Assembly: GCF_009914755.1 (NCBI RefSeq)
Contig: NC_060926.1
DNA: 64,000 nucleotides
Source of the DNA: the human T2T-CHM13v2.0 reference genome, Homo sapiens
Reading direction: 5' to 3' (one strand)
The number at the start of each line of letters is the position of its first letter. The first letter of the stretch is position 1. Below, in pieces: positions 61,221-64,000 of this stretch. The notes under the pieces are model-generated. The model was given only the letters and a program-made list of their open reading frames with translations, made no database searches and was not told the origin of the DNA. Position numbers and translations under genes: made by a program.

Positions 61221-62933
61221 GAAGAAAGAAGAAGAAATTAGTGCATGATCTTGTTATTATGGCTTTATAAGATCTTATATAATGTATAAAAGCCTAACTG
61301 AAGATAAAATTTGTTCAGTGCTTAGATCACACAAATCGGAGAGTCTGCCTTTGACTTGGCACGTTAATGAGCATTATAATTCAGGCACATTAATGAGCAT
61401 TATAATTCAAAGAGCAGAATTACCTGTAATTAACCTGGGTTTTCACCATAGTTTGTACAAGGAGATAGCTACTTTCTCCCTACTTCTCACGAGACTGGTG
61501 GCTTCCTCTTCTGGCAGGGGGCAGGGCCCCTAATATCCTATGGGCCCCAAAGATCCCATTTGTCCCAAAGTTTCTAGGTGCAGGGAAGCTGGTGTTCCCA
61601 GAGAGCTGTAAATAGCTGATACTGTCAATCCAGGCAGCTTGTGTATTTCTCCCACTGACTTATGCTACACTCCAAAAAGGGAAATCTGTAGTGGGTAGGG
61701 GTCCCTCTATTGGAACAGAACCTACACAGTATCCAGTAGATACCCAGGCCCTAGCATGACTCTCCATAGCCAGATAAACAGTATGGAGTGCTTATAGGCT
61801 GGCTCAGGCCCATTCCTTAACCTATCTCATGTGACATTGAAGAATTTGTTCCAACCTCTTGCACAACTAGTGACAGCCCTAAACAAGCCTTGAGGCAAAT
61901 TGTTATATTGAGACTATTGGGGAATCAAATTAAATACTTAGAAAGAAAATATTGGTTCAAGAGGTTGGTGAAAGAGCTTCATCTGCTGTTTCCAAAGTCA
62001 TGGGAATGTCTGGGCCTTGAATTCAAGTCCTCTCAGTTGCATAGTCAGCTTCTGCTATTGGAGTATCAGGCACCTAGGCTGGTTAGAGTTGTAGGAGGGG
62101 AGAGTGATAGTTTCAGGGCCTGCACCATTGCTTGGTGGAGAAACCAACACTTGAAAACAATACCACCTATGACAACCTATCCTGCTTGTCCCATGGTCTG
62201 GATTTCACACTGCTTCCTCTAAAAAAATTTTGTTTTTCATCACAATACTAACAACCACTGGGAAATTGTTGACTAGGCACTATTTGTGGAGAATACACTC
62301 AGGGGAGCAATAGCTACACACATCTACTAACTTTTACAGTTTCTGTAACTGCTTGTGAAAAGTCATTTAACTTCCCTAAGCCTCAGTTTCCCCATTTATT
62401 AAATAGGAATAACAATGAAAACCAGATGAGACAATGGATTTGAAAGCATATGACAAATTGTAAAATATTGCCAATGATTTAGAAAATAGTGTCATATATA
62501 TTGTTAAAGAAAAAATTATCACACTTGTTAAAGTGGTAAGGAAGACTGTTCAGAGAGGGCCATGGTGATAGGAATAGGGATCATTGCAATGGGGTTTTGC
62601 AGTGGGGAAGAGAGATTGTACTCAACTCTGACTCCAAAAAGGACGAATGGGGATTTACAACCTAGGAGTGGGGTCAGGGGCAGTGGATGGAAAATTACTA
62701 AGAGGAAACACCAAGGATAAGAGGTTTCTGGCTAAACTGACTTGGTAGAGTTATCACTGAAGGATGACCAAGGTGTTCAGATACCAAGGGTGGGAGATAT
62801 TCACTAAAGTGACTCAGGAGGATTCTTGATCAAACTGGATTCTATAAGGACAAAAAGGGAAGCCCGAGGTTGGACCTAGTAAAACAAAAGACTCAGAGAA
62901 GACTGACTATAATTTTGGTAAAAGGGGAGAGTG

Positions 62934-63303
62934 TATTAGTTTGTTCTCACACTGCTATACAGAATTACCTGAGACTGGGTAATTTATGAAGAAAAGAGGT
63001 TTAATTGACTCACACTTCCACAGACTGTACAGGAAGCATGGCTAGTAGGTCTCAGGAAACTTACAACCATGGCGGAAGGCAAAGGGGAAGCAAGCACATC
63101 TTACCATCGTGGAGCAAGAGAGAGAGTGAAGGGGGAAGTGCCATACACTTTCAAATAACCAGATCTCACTCATTATCCCAAGAACAGTAAGGGGGAAGTT
63201 CAACCCCATGATTCCATCACTTCCTACCAGGCCCTTCCCCTGACACATTGGGATTACAATTTGAGATGAGATTTGGATGGGGACACAGAGCCAAACCATA
63301 TCA
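62934..63303. mobile_element. MST MaLR LTR
   Basis: TGTATTAGTTTGTTCTCAC...CCAAACCATATCA. Confidence 0.8.
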
Positions 63304-63389
63304 GTCTTTGTCAATATTTTAATAAATGCTAAAGATGATAAGATTAATAGCCTTGGTACACCAATTAATAATATGTTTCTAGAATTGAA

Positions 63390-63683
63390 AGCAAAAATCA
63401 TATGATCATCTCAATACAGGCAGAAAAAGCTTTTGACAAAATCCAACATCCCTTCATGATAAAAACTCTCAACAGACTGGGCATCAAAGGAACATATGTC
63501 AAAATAATAAAAGCTATCTATGACAAACCCATAGCCAATATCATACTGAATGGGCAAAAGCTGGAACTATTCCCCTTGAGAACTGAAACAAGACAAGGAT
63601 GCTCTCTCTTGCCACTCCTATTCAACATAGTATTGGAAGTCCTAACCAAAGCAATCAGGCAAGATAAAGAAATAAAAGGCATC
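63390..63683 (+). mobile_element. L1 ORF2 (RT) fragment
   Basis: [27 protein letters not shown]...[18 protein letters not shown]. Confidence 0.92.
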
Positions 63684-64000
63684 TGTATTAGTCTGTTCTC
63701 ATGCTGCTAATAAAGACATACCTGAGCCTGAGTAATTTATAAAGGAAAGACGTTCCTTTATAAAGCCACAGTTCCATATGGCTGGGGAGGCTTCACAATG
63801 ATGGCTGAAGGCAAATAAGGAGCAAAGTCACATCTTACAGGGCGGCAAGCAAGAGAGAGCTTGTGCAGGGGAACTCCCATTTATAAAACCATCAGATCTC
63901 ATGAGACTTATTCACTACTATGAGAGCAGTATGGCACAAACTGGCCCCATGATTCAATTATCTCTACCTGGCCCCACCCTTGACACATGGGGATTATTAC
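63684..64000. mobile_element. THE1 MaLR LTR, runs off the window end
   Basis: TGTATTAGTCTGTTCTCATGCTGCTAATAAAGACATACC. Confidence 0.85.

Noticed and set aside
61358-61409. 26-bp tandem duplication GGCAC(G/A)TTAATGAGCATTATAATTCA
   Set aside because: Only two units; ordinary slippage duplication

Overview
Human (primate) genomic DNA, very Alu-rich, containing most of the gamma-crystallin cluster. All genes are on the minus strand: pseudogene CRYGEP (20266-24651, TAC>TAG at codon 56), CRYGD (33690-36490), CRYGC (40221-41810) and CRYGB (54655-58095). Each has a 9-bp coding exon 1, a 243-bp exon 2 and a 273/276-bp exon 3, with canonical splice sites and AATAAA. The window also holds a split RFC2 retrocopy (about 47100-50058), a 5'-truncated Harlequin/LTR2-type ERV (26916-29886), several solo LTRs, Tigger3, L1/L2 fragments and about 50 Alus. 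Nearly all ORFs in the ORF track are Alu-derived or antisense noise. This is a well-studied locus and I see no new multi-gene system. Most notable observations: (1) a heavily decayed extra gamma-crystallin exon 3 upstream of CRYGB (60855-61220); (2) CRYGEP exon 2 differs from CRYGD at only two bases, M44V and Y56X, which points to recent gene conversion and possibly a donor of CRYGD disease alleles; (3) the RFC2 retrocopy keeps intron-like segments at exon junctions and contains a ~620-bp local duplicate. Repeat family names come from recalled consensus sequences, and repeat boundaries are approximate.
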